A DNA stretch of 64,000 bases from Chitinophaga pinensis (lineage in GTDB: Bacteria; Bacteroidota; Bacteroidia; Chitinophagales; CAMDFR01). Shown piece after piece: positions 46,520 to 55,732 of the stretch. The DNA lies in assembly GCA_945860705.1 (NCBI GenBank), contig CAMART010000001.1:119486-183485 (forward strand). Reading direction: 5' to 3'. Made by a program: the position numbers and the translations under genes. Below the pieces are notes generated by a model. It saw only the letters and a program-made list of their open reading frames with translations, was not told the origin of the DNA and searched no databases. Within the stretch, counting starts at the first letter, position 1. Every line of letters starts with the position of its first letter.

Positions 46520-47263
46520 TTATTGATTTAAATTAGGTGTTTTATTTTTTGTAAAAAACTGAAAAATAGAAATAATTATATACAGCAAAATTATAAAAGC
46601 AAAAGCTAGTATATGAAATAAAATTAATAACACTATAGATATAAGTATAAACATATACCTGATTTCATTGCCTTTGAGAGCAAAACTTTTAAACTTGAAA
46701 CTAAACATTGGAATCTCAGCTATCATCAAATAAGACAACATAATAATAGTGAAAATAATGCTCCATATATTTTGAAATATAGAAGATAAAAAGGTAGTAG
46801 AATCATTGCAAATAGCTAAATAACCAATCACAAACAAGGTCATAGCAGGTGTAGCCAATCCAATAAATTCTTCACCTTGCCTAGTATCGATATTGAATTT
46901 TGCCAAACGCAATACAGCAAATAAAGTAAGGATGAATGCGCCTGCGGGAAGCAGTATGGATACTAATTGATTTTCATCTATACCCATCGTATAGTTTCTA
47001 AGCAATGAATAAAAAATAGTGGCTGGCACTATACCAAAACTAATGACATCTGCAAGTGAATCTAACTGCTTACCTAAATCTGAGCCTCCTCCACCAAACT
47101 TACGTGCTGCAAAACCATCGAAAAAATCTGCTACTAAAGAAACAATCGTAAAATAAAATGCTTCACTAGCATAACCTTGAACTATCAATACAACAGCACA
47201 ACAACCACAAAATGCATTGATGAGGGTGAGAATATTGGCTAGTGTAAAGAGTCTAATGTTCAT
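46520..47263 (-). CDS. pssA: CDP-diacylglycerol--serine O-phosphatidyltransferase (CDP-alcohol phosphatidyltransferase family)
   Basis: 247 aa; 'DFFDGFAARKFGGGGSDLGKQLDSLADV' equals the D(x)2DG(x)2AR...G(x)3D(x)3D motif. Confidence 0.8.
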   Translation of the reverse strand: MNIRLFTLANILTLINAFCGCCAVVLIVQGYASEAFYFTIVSLVADFFDGFAARKFGGGGSDLGKQLDSLADVISFGIVPATIFYSLLRNYTMGIDENQLVSILLPAGAFILTLFAVLRLAKFNIDTRQGEEFIGLATPAMTLFVIGYLAICNDSTTFLSSIFQNIWSIIFTIIMLSYLMIAEIPMFSFKFKSFALKGNEIRYMFILISIVLLILFHILAFAFIILLYIIISIFQFFTKNKTPNLNQ

Positions 47264-47276
47264 TTATTTAATTTAA

Positions 47277-48578
47277 TTAAGCATTCATCAAACTCTCAAT
47301 CTCTTCTACTTCTATAGGAATATTTTTCATCAAATCTATATTGCCTTTATCGCTTACCCATATATCATTTTCTATACGAATCCCTATTTTTTCTGCTGGT
47401 ATATAGATACCTGGCTCATTGGTCAATACTACTCCTACAGGAAGTTTTTCATATCTATTGCCTATATCATGCACATCTAAACCTAAAAAGTGAGAATTGC
47501 CATGCATGAAATATTTTTTGTATAGTGGATTATTAGCATCTTGTTTTGCTACATCATCTTTACTAAATAATCCTAAACCTATCAACTCGCTTTCTACTAC
47601 TTTAGCCACTTCTTCATTAAGTTCTGCGAGTGTAATACCTGGCTTCATGATATTGCATGCTTCTCTATGTACACGAAGACAAGCATTATAAACTTGTTTT
47701 TGTCTATCAGTAAATCGTCCATTGACAGGAATTGTTCTCGTAAGATCTGCACAGTAGTTGGCATACTCTGCACCAAAATCCATCAACAATACTTCGCCAT
47801 CTTGGCAAGCTTTATTATTATCATTGTAGTGAAGCACACAGCTATCTACACCACTTGCTATGATGGGATTGTAAGCATGTCCTGTGGCTCTGTTTTTTAT
47901 AAATTCATGAATGATTTCTGCTTCTATTTCATATTCTGTTACTCCTGGCTTTACAAAAGACAATACTCTTCTGAATGCTTTCTCTGTAATATCGCAAGCT
48001 TTTTGAAGTTGTTCTATTTCTAGGGAGTGTTTTACACTGCGAAGTTTACTCATGATAGGACCACTTCTTTCGTAGTGATGTAGCGGATACTTTGCTTTAC
48101 ATTCATGAGCAAAACGCACATCTTTATATGGTACATCACTTATAGCTCTATCATTTTCATTGATATTGATATAGAGTGTTTGAGCATAGTTCATGAGCAT
48201 AGAAAAAATACTTTCAAACTGATCTGATAACAATACTGTCTGAATACCGCTTTGTTTTCTTGCTTCTTCTGGAGTATATTTTCTACCTTCCCATACTGCT
48301 ATATGTTCACTTGTTTTTCTTATAAATAATATTTCTCTATATTTTTCTATTGGTGCATTTGGAAAAATCAACAAGGTGGTTTCTTCTTGATCTATACCTG
48401 ATAGATAAAGCAAGTCAGAGTTTTGACGAAAGGTATGTGTGCCATCACCTACACGTGGCATCAAGTCACAACTATGAAAAATAGCCATGCTATTTTCTTT
48501 CAAAAATTTTGAATAGTTGCTTCTGTTTTTTACAAACAATTCTGATGATATATCATCATACTTTTTCATCTTTATCAT
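47277..48578 (-). CDS. pepP: Xaa-Pro aminopeptidase (M24B family)
   Basis: 433 aa; 'LMDFGAEYANYCADLTRT', 'HGNSHFLGLDVHD', 'LTNEPGIY', 'IRIEND' metal-ligand pattern. Confidence 0.8.
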   Translation of the reverse strand: MIKMKKYDDISSELFVKNRSNYSKFLKENSMAIFHSCDLMPRVGDGTHTFRQNSDLLYLSGIDQEETTLLIFPNAPIEKYREILFIRKTSEHIAVWEGRKYTPEEARKQSGIQTVLLSDQFESIFSMLMNYAQTLYININENDRAISDVPYKDVRFAHECKAKYPLHHYERSGPIMSKLRSVKHSLEIEQLQKACDITEKAFRRVLSFVKPGVTEYEIEAEIIHEFIKNRATGHAYNPIIASGVDSCVLHYNDNNKACQDGEVLLMDFGAEYANYCADLTRTIPVNGRFTDRQKQVYNACLRVHREACNIMKPGITLAELNEEVAKVVESELIGLGLFSKDDVAKQDANNPLYKKYFMHGNSHFLGLDVHDIGNRYEKLPVGVVLTNEPGIYIPAEKIGIRIENDIWVSDKGNIDLMKNIPIEVEEIESLMNA

Positions 48579-48695
48579 ATGAAATTCTTATTTTATATTA
48601 ACAAAAGTAAGACAAGTATTATTATTATTCTAAAACGAAGAAAAATAATAAGTGAAAGTATTGATACAGCTTATTGAATTTTATTTTATTAGCGA

Positions 48696-48743
48696 TTGCC
48701 AGAGGCAACTAAATATCTATCACTCGGCAGAGCCAAGCGATAG
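48696..48743. repeat. Two small palindromes; the second is a diverged copy of the element at 21742-21765
   Basis: TTGCC-AGA-GGCAA at 48696-48708. CTATCACTCGGC-AGA-GCCAAGCGATAG at 48717-48743, compared with GTCACTCGGCTGGAGCCGAGCGAC at 21742. Confidence 0.7.
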
Positions 48744-48944
48744 GTGAAAAATTATAAAATTTTGAAACGAAGCAAAATCTATTTATCTTTACTATCTCAA
48801 AACTATAATAATAGTTGCTGTTTGTTTAGTCCTTAAATAAATTCTAGTGATTGTTTCTTTATAGTTTCTTATCCAAATTTTTCTTGCAATTAAAACTGCA
48901 ATGAATAAATTTTTTTCAAATAAATAAAAATTAATAAATATAAT

Positions 48945-49646
48945 ATGGAGTATAACTCAGCACGAAATGTACTAGTAATGAAAGAGTACGGAAGAAACGT
49001 ACAAAACCTTATAAACCTTGCTATAGCAGAGCCAGACAGAGAAAAAAGAAATCGTATGGTGAAAAGCATCATCGATGTGATGGGTCAACTAAATCCACAC
49101 CTCAGAAATACCGAAGACTACAAACACAAACTTTGGGATCACTTATTTTTAATGTCAGATTTTAAACTAGATGCTGATAGTCCATATCCACTTCCAGAAA
49201 AAGAAGTATTGATGCGTAAGCCAGATCCGCTTACTTATCCTCAGACTCGATTTAAACATAGGTCTTATGGTAAATTATTGATGAAGATGGTACAGAAAGC
49301 AGTAGCAGAAGAAAACACAGAGAAAAAAGCACTCATCACTAAAGTAATTGGCGACTATATAAAAGTAGTTCATACCAACTGGATAAAAGAAAACGTAAGT
49401 GATGAAAGTGTGAAAGTAGAAATAAAAACTATCTCTGATGGTCAGCTAGAGCTCAGTGAAGATATGCAATTAAGCAAAATATTTGTACAAAGAACCAACA
49501 ATAACAACAACAATAATAACCGAAATAACAATAACCGAAACAACAACAATAACCGAAACAACAACAATAACCGAAACAACAATAACAATAATCGCAGACC
49601 AAACAATAATAACAATAACCGAAACAATAATAACAATGTCAAATAA
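48945..49646 (+). CDS. DUF4290-like protein with Asn/Arg low-complexity C-terminal tail
   Basis: 233 aa; 'EYGRNVQNLI' N-terminus; lies immediately upstream of murA. The last ~55 residues are N/R repeats (NNNNNNNRNNNNRNNNNNR...). Confidence 0.65.
   Translation: MEYNSARNVLVMKEYGRNVQNLINLAIAEPDREKRNRMVKSIIDVMGQLNPHLRNTEDYKHKLWDHLFLMSDFKLDADSPYPLPEKEVLMRKPDPLTYPQTRFKHRSYGKLLMKMVQKAVAEENTEKKALITKVIGDYIKVVHTNWIKENVSDESVKVEIKTISDGQLELSEDMQLSKIFVQRTNNNNNNNNRNNNNRNNNNNRNNNNNRNNNNNNRRPNNNNNNRNNNNNVK
49494..49636 (+). repeat. Imperfect short tandem repeat (AAC/AAT)n-CGA, including two perfect 18-nt units
   Basis: Read directly; open in all three plus-strand frames and in two minus-strand frames, per the ORF track. 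Confidence 0.85.
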
Positions 49647-50952
49647 TATCGATGCTTTTGAAGTAAGAGGTGGCAATAAACTAAAAGGTGAAATAACGCC
49701 ACAAGGTGCTAAGAATGAAGCTTTGCAGATTCTTTGTGCTGTATTGCTCACCGATGAAAAAGTAACTATCAGTAATATTCCTAATATACATGACGTGAAT
49801 ATGCTGATAAAAATACTCGGCGATATAGGTGTGAAAGTAAATCAACTAAATGAAGACACCTATACTTTTGAAAGCGATGCAGTAGATGTAGATTATATGA
49901 TGAGCAATGACTTCAAAAAAAATGGTGCTGCTCTTCGAGGTAGTATTATGCTTGTTGGTCCACTTTTAGCTCGTTTTAAAAAAGCTTATATGCCAAAACC
50001 AGGCGGTGACAAGATAGGTAGAAGAAGGCTGGATACGCACTTTTTAGGATTTGAATCATTAGGCGCAAAATTTCATTTTGATGCTGATGAAAATTTTTAT
50101 AGTGTAGAAGCCAACGAACTAAAAGGGTGCTATATGCATCTAGAAGAGCCTTCTGTGACTGGTACAGCCAATATCATCATGTGTGCGGTGATGGCAGAAG
50201 GTACTACTACGATATTTAATGCAGCATGCGAACCCTATATACAACAACTGTGTGGCATGCTCAATAGTATGGGTGCAGATATCAAAGGTGTGGGCTCAAA
50301 TCTACTCACTATAAATGGTGTAAAAAAACTAGGAGGATGCACTCATAGAATGCTTCCAGATATGATAGAGATTGGATCTTTTATAGGACTAGCGGCTATG
50401 ACTCAAAGTGAAATAACTATCAAAAACTGTAGACTAGATATGCTTGGAAATATTCCAGCTACTTTTAAAAAGCTCGGTATTCAAATGGAGTTCAGAGGAG
50501 ATGATATTTATATTCCAGCTCAAGAACACTACGAAATAGCTTCCTTTATAGATGGCTCAATTCTTACCATATATGATGGACCTTGGCCTATGTTCACACC
50601 AGATTTATTGAGTATAGTATTAGTGACTGCTACACAAGCTAGAGGCTCTGTGCTCATACATCAAAAAATGTTTGAAAGCAGATTGTTCTTTGTAGATAAA
50701 CTGATTGATATGGGAGCTCAAATCATCTTATGCGACCCACATAGAGCTAATGTGATAGGTATTGATAGAAAATACAACTTGAGAGGCATCTCTATGAGTA
50801 GCCCAGATATCAGAGCTGGTGTATCATTACTTATCGCTGCACTATCGGCTACTGGCAAAAGCACTATAAACAATATTCATCAAATAGATAGAGGATATCA
50901 AAATATTGATAAACGATTGATAGCATTGGGAGCGGATATAAAAAGACTATAA
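49636..50952 (+). CDS. murA: UDP-N-acetylglucosamine 1-carboxyvinyltransferase
   Basis: 'FEVRGGNKLKGEI...QGAKNEAL', active-site 'PGGDKIGRRRLDTH'. I prefer the ATG at 49636 (MSNNIDAFEV). The track start at 49483 only adds repeat-derived T/I/E residues. Confidence 0.92.
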   Translation: MSNNIDAFEVRGGNKLKGEITPQGAKNEALQILCAVLLTDEKVTISNIPNIHDVNMLIKILGDIGVKVNQLNEDTYTFESDAVDVDYMMSNDFKKNGAALRGSIMLVGPLLARFKKAYMPKPGGDKIGRRRLDTHFLGFESLGAKFHFDADENFYSVEANELKGCYMHLEEPSVTGTANIIMCAVMAEGTTTIFNAACEPYIQQLCGMLNSMGADIKGVGSNLLTINGVKKLGGCTHRMLPDMIEIGSFIGLAAMTQSEITIKNCRLDMLGNIPATFKKLGIQMEFRGDDIYIPAQEHYEIASFIDGSILTIYDGPWPMFTPDLLSIVLVTATQARGSVLIHQKMFESRLFFVDKLIDMGAQIILCDPHRANVIGIDRKYNLRGISMSSPDIRAGVSLLIAALSATGKSTINNIHQIDRGYQNIDKRLIALGADIKRL

Positions 50953-50953
50953 A

Positions 50954-50996
50954 AGTTATAAGTTCAAAGTTAAGAGTTCAAAGTTATTAGTTATAA
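50954..50996. repeat. Short AT-rich tandem/mirror repeat (AGTTCAAAGTTA x2 flanked by AGTTATAA)
   Basis: Read directly between murA and the convergent ABC-F gene. Confidence 0.6.
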
Positions 50997-51035
50997 ATTT
51001 TAATGTAGTCTTTATTAACTCGAATTTAAATTTTC

Positions 51036-52970
51036 CTAGCCTTCTATCTGACCTATCACTTCTTCCCACTCTTGCATGAGTTTGCTTTGGGTGGCTTTGG
51101 CGTCTTCGTATTGCTTATAAAAATTGGCATCAGCACTCACTTTTTGAAACTGCTCTGGATCTTTGAGTTTGTCTTCAAATGAGGCTATTTGTATATCGAT
51201 TTCTGCTATAGAATTTTCGAGTTTTGTAGCTTTATTTTTTAATGCTTTTAAATCTTTATCATTAGCTACAGGAGCTGTATTTGTAGGTTTTGGTGCCGGT
51301 GTATTATTGTTGGCTTTATCTAGTTTGTTCTGTGCTTTTTCAGATTCGTATTCTCTAAAATTTTCTGCTTTCTTTTCTTCTAAGAAATCATTGATATCAC
51401 CTATATGTTCTTTGATGCCATTTTCACCAAACTCAAAAATACGATTGGTCAATCCTTGTAAAAAATCTCTATCGTGACTTATCAATATCAGCGTGCCTTG
51501 ATATTCTTTGAGTGCTAGTTTCAAAGTTTCTTTTGATACCATATCTAAGTGATTGGTAGGCTCATCCAGTATCAATAAGTTCATAGGTTCCAGAAGCAAT
51601 TTACACATAGCTAATCTACCTTTTTCACCTCCGCTCAGTACTTTTACTTTTTTCTCTACATCTTCGCCACTAAACAAAAAACAACCTAATAGCGTACGCA
51701 CTTTAGTTCGCATATCGCCCACAGCAGCTTCGTCTATTGTTTCGAAGACGGTTTTATTTCCATCGAGTACTTCTGCTTGATGCTGTGCATAGTATCCTAG
51801 ATGCACGTTGTAGCCCATTCTTATTTCGCCATCATAGTCTAGGTCACCTGCTATCATTCTACTCATAGTGGTTTTACCCATACCGTTTTTGCCCAAAAAT
51901 GCTATTCTGTCTCCTTTGTCTACATAAAAACTTTCGTTTTGGATCACTTTTTTTGGACCATACGATTTAGATACATTTTTTACTTCGAGCACTACTTTAC
52001 CAGAAGGTACGGCATCTGGAAAACGAATATTCATTTTGCTAATATCTTCAACATCTACTTCTATGATATCTATCTTATCCAGTTTTTTCATAAGAGATTG
52101 CGCAAAAGATGCTTTAGAAGCTTTGGCTTTGAAGCGTTCAATGTTTCGTTCCATCTGACGAATCTCTCTTTCTTGATTTTTCTTAGCGTTTATTTGTTGT
52201 TCTTTACGCTCTACTCGTAGTTCTATATATTTGCTGTAGTTGGCTTTGTAGTCATCTATATCTCCATTAAATATTTCTATAGTTCTATTCGTCACATTAT
52301 TTAAGAATGCTTTATCGTGACTAATAAGTAAAATAGCTCCATCGTAGTCTTTCAAAAAGTTTTCGAGCCAAGTGATAGAGTGAATATCTAAGTGGTTAGT
52401 AGGCTCATCAAAAAGTATCAAATCTGGTTTTTGAAGCAATATTTTTGCTAGCTCTATACGCATCTGCCATCCACCACTAAATGTAGCTACTGGCTTATCA
52501 AATTCTTCTGGTTTAAAACCAAGTCCTTTCAATATTTTACCGATTTCTTCATCTATATTGTGCGAACCCATTAAGTGAAGCTGCGAATCTTTTTCATTGA
52601 AAAGATTGATCAAATCCATAAATGAATCTGTATCATAGTCTGTACGAGTCTCCATTTCTAGCGCAAGTTTTGCTACTTCTTCTTCTAATGCAAGAAATTT
52701 TGCAAATGCAGATTTGGTCTCTTCGTATACGGACTTGTCTGTATTGATATTGATATCTTGAGGCAAATAACCTATTTCAAAATCCTTTGGAAATGAGATG
52801 TCACCTCCATCAGGCTTGTAAAAACCTGTAAGTACTTTTAATAAAGTGGATTTCCCTGCTCCATTGCGACCTACCAATCCGATACGGTCTGTACGCACTA
52901 TCTGAAAGGTGATACCGTCGAAAATCGTTCTACCACCAAAGTGCAATTCTAAATTTGATACTGTTAACAC
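51036..52970 (-). CDS. ABC-F family ATPase (two ABC domains, no TM domain)
   Basis: Two Walker A motifs ('GRNGAGKST','GKNGMGKTT'), two 'LSGG' signatures and a C-terminal coiled coil. The GTG at 52970 gives the canonical 'LTVSNLELHFGG' N-terminus; the track start at 53021 is also possible. Confidence 0.85.
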   Translation of the reverse strand: MLTVSNLELHFGGRTIFDGITFQIVRTDRIGLVGRNGAGKSTLLKVLTGFYKPDGGDISFPKDFEIGYLPQDININTDKSVYEETKSAFAKFLALEEEVAKLALEMETRTDYDTDSFMDLINLFNEKDSQLHLMGSHNIDEEIGKILKGLGFKPEEFDKPVATFSGGWQMRIELAKILLQKPDLILFDEPTNHLDIHSITWLENFLKDYDGAILLISHDKAFLNNVTNRTIEIFNGDIDDYKANYSKYIELRVERKEQQINAKKNQEREIRQMERNIERFKAKASKASFAQSLMKKLDKIDIIEVDVEDISKMNIRFPDAVPSGKVVLEVKNVSKSYGPKKVIQNESFYVDKGDRIAFLGKNGMGKTTMSRMIAGDLDYDGEIRMGYNVHLGYYAQHQAEVLDGNKTVFETIDEAAVGDMRTKVRTLLGCFLFSGEDVEKKVKVLSGGEKGRLAMCKLLLEPMNLLILDEPTNHLDMVSKETLKLALKEYQGTLILISHDRDFLQGLTNRIFEFGENGIKEHIGDINDFLEEKKAENFREYESEKAQNKLDKANNNTPAPKPTNTAPVANDKDLKALKNKATKLENSIAEIDIQIASFEDKLKDPEQFQKVSADANFYKQYEDAKATQSKLMQEWEEVIGQIEG

Positions 52971-53063
52971 GCTGCAAAGTTGCGATTTTTTACGAGAAAA
53001 ATGAAGATATAGTTGTATCAATGCAGATTATTTCTCATTTTTGCATTATAAAATTTAGATATT

Positions 53064-53297
53064 ATGTCAAAAATAATGGGTATCATCATGTCAATAGCGG
53101 GATTTTTAATCACGATATTTACTTATTTTTTATACAGAAACTCTAGCTCGTATCTTGCATATTTGCCAGAAGAAAAACTAAAACCAATGTCTGCGGTAGG
53201 TCTTACATTACCTATGATTATAGGTGTAATGATATTTATAGCAGGCGTATCATTTTTATTGCTTGCAAAAGAAGACAATAGCGAAATGAAAAATTAA
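53064..53297 (+). CDS. Hypothetical small membrane protein (2 TM)
   Basis: 77-aa ORF with two hydrophobic helices. Confidence 0.4.
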   Translation: MSKIMGIIMSIAGFLITIFTYFLYRNSSSYLAYLPEEKLKPMSAVGLTLPMIIGVMIFIAGVSFLLLAKEDNSEMKN

Positions 53298-53367
53298 TTT
53301 TCTTTTTTAAATAATATAATTTAAATCTCATTGCTCTGTAGAGTTATGAGATTTTTTATTTTAAAGA

Positions 53368-53736
53368 ATGAATATAAAAGAAAGATTTCAAAACTTAGAT
53401 AAAGACAGCAAAACTATTATTTATTGCATTTTGGTGATAGTGATAATTATAGGATTGTTCTTTGTAGTGGACTATTTTCAAACAAAAAATTTATTGAAAA
53501 ACGGAGTGCATACAAAAGCAATAATATCGGCTAAGTATTATGAAATAAATACAGACAATGATGATACAGTCAGTTATTCTATAAGAGCATATGCACTGAT
53601 AGATGAACCTGAAAAAACACTCAATAGCTACGTAAAACAAACTTCATATAATAAATATAATGTAGGAGATACCGTAGAGATGGTATATGATAATGAAGAT
53701 AAAGACCATGCAAAACTTGTAGAAGATATAGAATAA
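53368..53736 (+). CDS. Hypothetical membrane-anchored protein (DUF3592-like), paralog 1
   Basis: 122 aa; one N-terminal TM. The C-terminal 'SYNKYNVGDTVEMVYDNEDKDHAKLVEDIE' is shared with the next ORF. Confidence 0.5.
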   Translation: MNIKERFQNLDKDSKTIIYCILVIVIIIGLFFVVDYFQTKNLLKNGVHTKAIISAKYYEINTDNDDTVSYSIRAYALIDEPEKTLNSYVKQTSYNKYNVGDTVEMVYDNEDKDHAKLVEDIE

Positions 53737-53758
53737 CAAATAAAAATCAGTTTATAAA

Positions 53759-54217
53759 ATGGAAAAAATGAAATTGTATAATGGTACAAAAGCAGAAAAA
53801 ATAATTTTTGTTGTGTTCGGATTCTTAGTCCTATTCATAGGATTTATTTCTTATATGGCTTTTCAAGAAGATAATAAATTTGCTAAAGAAGGCATACGAG
53901 TAGAAGCTACAGTAAACAGTGTTTCATCTTATGGTACTAGTAAAAGCAAAAGTTACAAAATGTCTATTTCTATGTTTACTCAAGGTGAAAAAACTGAAGT
54001 ACATACAGATACAACAGGCAAATCTGAAGGAGACAAAATACTTGACAAAATATTTGATGATATAAAATCGAATACTAGAAGCATGGGTGATTTTAAAATG
54101 GTAGATATTTCTATAGGTAGCACTAGCTATAATAAATATAAACCTGGCGATAAAGTGATGGTGGTATACTTAAAAGAAAACCCTGATAAAGTAAAACTTT
54201 TGAGTGAGGTGGAATAG
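53759..54217 (+). CDS. Hypothetical membrane-anchored protein (DUF3592-like), paralog 2
   Basis: 152 aa; one N-terminal TM; C-terminal 'SYNKYKPGDKVMVVYLKENPDKVKLLSEVE'. Confidence 0.5.
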   Translation: MEKMKLYNGTKAEKIIFVVFGFLVLFIGFISYMAFQEDNKFAKEGIRVEATVNSVSSYGTSKSKSYKMSISMFTQGEKTEVHTDTTGKSEGDKILDKIFDDIKSNTRSMGDFKMVDISIGSTSYNKYKPGDKVMVVYLKENPDKVKLLSEVE

Positions 54218-54278
54218 TTGCGTAATTTTTATATACTATTTTTTCAACTTATATTTGAATTAGCCAAACACTGTAAGG

Positions 54279-55730
54279 ATGTTATTTAACTCCATTTCAT
54301 TTTTAATTTTTTTTCCAATAGTATTATTTACATATTATTTATTGGCTCAAAAATATAGGTGGCTCTGGCTATTGTTGGCGAGTTGTTTTTTCTATATGTT
54401 TTTCAAACCAGAATATATTCTTATTCTGTTTTTCACTATTGTTATAGATTTTTTTGTAGGGATAAAAATTGAATCTTGTACCGATCAAAAATCTCGAAAG
54501 GCTTGGCTCATAGCCAGCATTATAGCTAATATTGGAGTATTGGCTATTTTTAAATATTATAATTTCATCAATGAAAATATAACTGGTTTAGCACAGCTAT
54601 TTCACTTAAAAAATCCAATTCCTGCTCTTACTATTTTATTACCTATTGGTTTGTCGTTTCATACATTTCAAGCCATGAGTTATACTATAGAAGTGTATAG
54701 AGGAAATCAAAAAGCAGAAAGACATTTTGGTATCTATTCTTTATATGTCATGTTTTTTCCTCAACTAGTAGCTGGCCCTATAGAGCGTCCACAAAACATC
54801 ATACACCAATTAAAAGCAGAGCATAAAGCCACTTATGAAAATCTGAGAGATGGAAGCAAATGGATACTTTGGGGACTATTCAAAAAAATATGTATAGCAG
54901 ATAGATTGGCGTTTTTTGTAAATGAAGTATATAATAATCCTGGTGAACATAATGGATTTCAGTCATTGATAGCTGTTATCTTTTTTTCATTTCAAATTTA
55001 TTGCGATTTTTCGGCCTATTCAGATATCGCTATTGGTACTGCAAAAATGCTCGGTATAGACTTGATGAAAAATTTTAATAGACCTTATGCATCTAACTCT
55101 ATTGCTATATTTTGGACTAGATGGCATATCTCCTTATCTTCTTGGTTCAAAGATTATCTGTATATACCACTCGGAGGCAATAGAAATAAATGGTATATTA
55201 CCTATAGAAATATTTTAATAGTTTTTTTGCTCAGTGGACTATGGCATGGAGCAAGCTGGACTTTTTTGATATGGGGCTTACTACATGGATTGGCTGTGAT
55301 AGTAGAATCTATTTGGATGAAAATAAAAACAAAAATATGGACAGAGAAAAACAACAATCAGGTGTCTTTTATTTCAAATCAAATTAGCATCGTATGCATT
55401 TTTATTTTTGTCACTTTTGCATGGATATTTTTTAGAGCAAAAAACTTTGCTGATGTAAAACAAGTACTCGTAAACATTCGGCATTTACATATTGTAGATT
55501 TCTCGTTTACAGCTTTTGGCAAATATACTTCTTTTGATTTTAAACTAGCAATTTTATTATTGATATTTCTAGAGTTGATTCAATATCTGACTCGAGACAA
55601 AGATGTGGTAACTATGACGAGTAGCCTTAAATCACCTATTAGATGGGCTATTTATATAATACTAACTTTTTTCATTTTGTTCTTTGGTGCTTTTCATCAG
55701 TCAAAAGAATTTATTTATTTTCAATTCTAA
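54279..55730 (+). CDS. MBOAT family O-acyltransferase (AlgI/DltB-like)
   Basis: 483 aa polytopic; 'FWTRWHISLSSWFKDYLYIPLGGNR' and 'SGLWHGASW' contain the conserved MBOAT His. Confidence 0.85.
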   Translation: MLFNSISFLIFFPIVLFTYYLLAQKYRWLWLLLASCFFYMFFKPEYILILFFTIVIDFFVGIKIESCTDQKSRKAWLIASIIANIGVLAIFKYYNFINENITGLAQLFHLKNPIPALTILLPIGLSFHTFQAMSYTIEVYRGNQKAERHFGIYSLYVMFFPQLVAGPIERPQNIIHQLKAEHKATYENLRDGSKWILWGLFKKICIADRLAFFVNEVYNNPGEHNGFQSLIAVIFFSFQIYCDFSAYSDIAIGTAKMLGIDLMKNFNRPYASNSIAIFWTRWHISLSSWFKDYLYIPLGGNRNKWYITYRNILIVFLLSGLWHGASWTFLIWGLLHGLAVIVESIWMKIKTKIWTEKNNNQVSFISNQISIVCIFIFVTFAWIFFRAKNFADVKQVLVNIRHLHIVDFSFTAFGKYTSFDFKLAILLLIFLELIQYLTRDKDVVTMTSSLKSPIRWAIYIILTFFILFFGAFHQSKEFIYFQF

Positions 55731-55732
55731 GA

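Noticed and set aside
49483-49635. A 51-residue N-terminal extension of murA (track start at 49483)
   Set aside because: The extension consists purely of T/I/E residues read from the Asn/Arg repeat in another frame. The canonical MurA N-terminus (MSNNIDAFEVRGG...) starts at the ATG at 49636.
55643-55732. Upstream start (55643) for the MBOAT-partner ORF, and likewise 33831 for the MazG-like ORF and 53021 for ABC-F
   Set aside because: The extensions overlap the preceding gene or add residues that break the expected N-terminus. Internal starts at 55733, 33855 and 52970 (GTG) give compact, non-overlapping gene models with canonical N-termini. ABC-F remains the least certain of the three.
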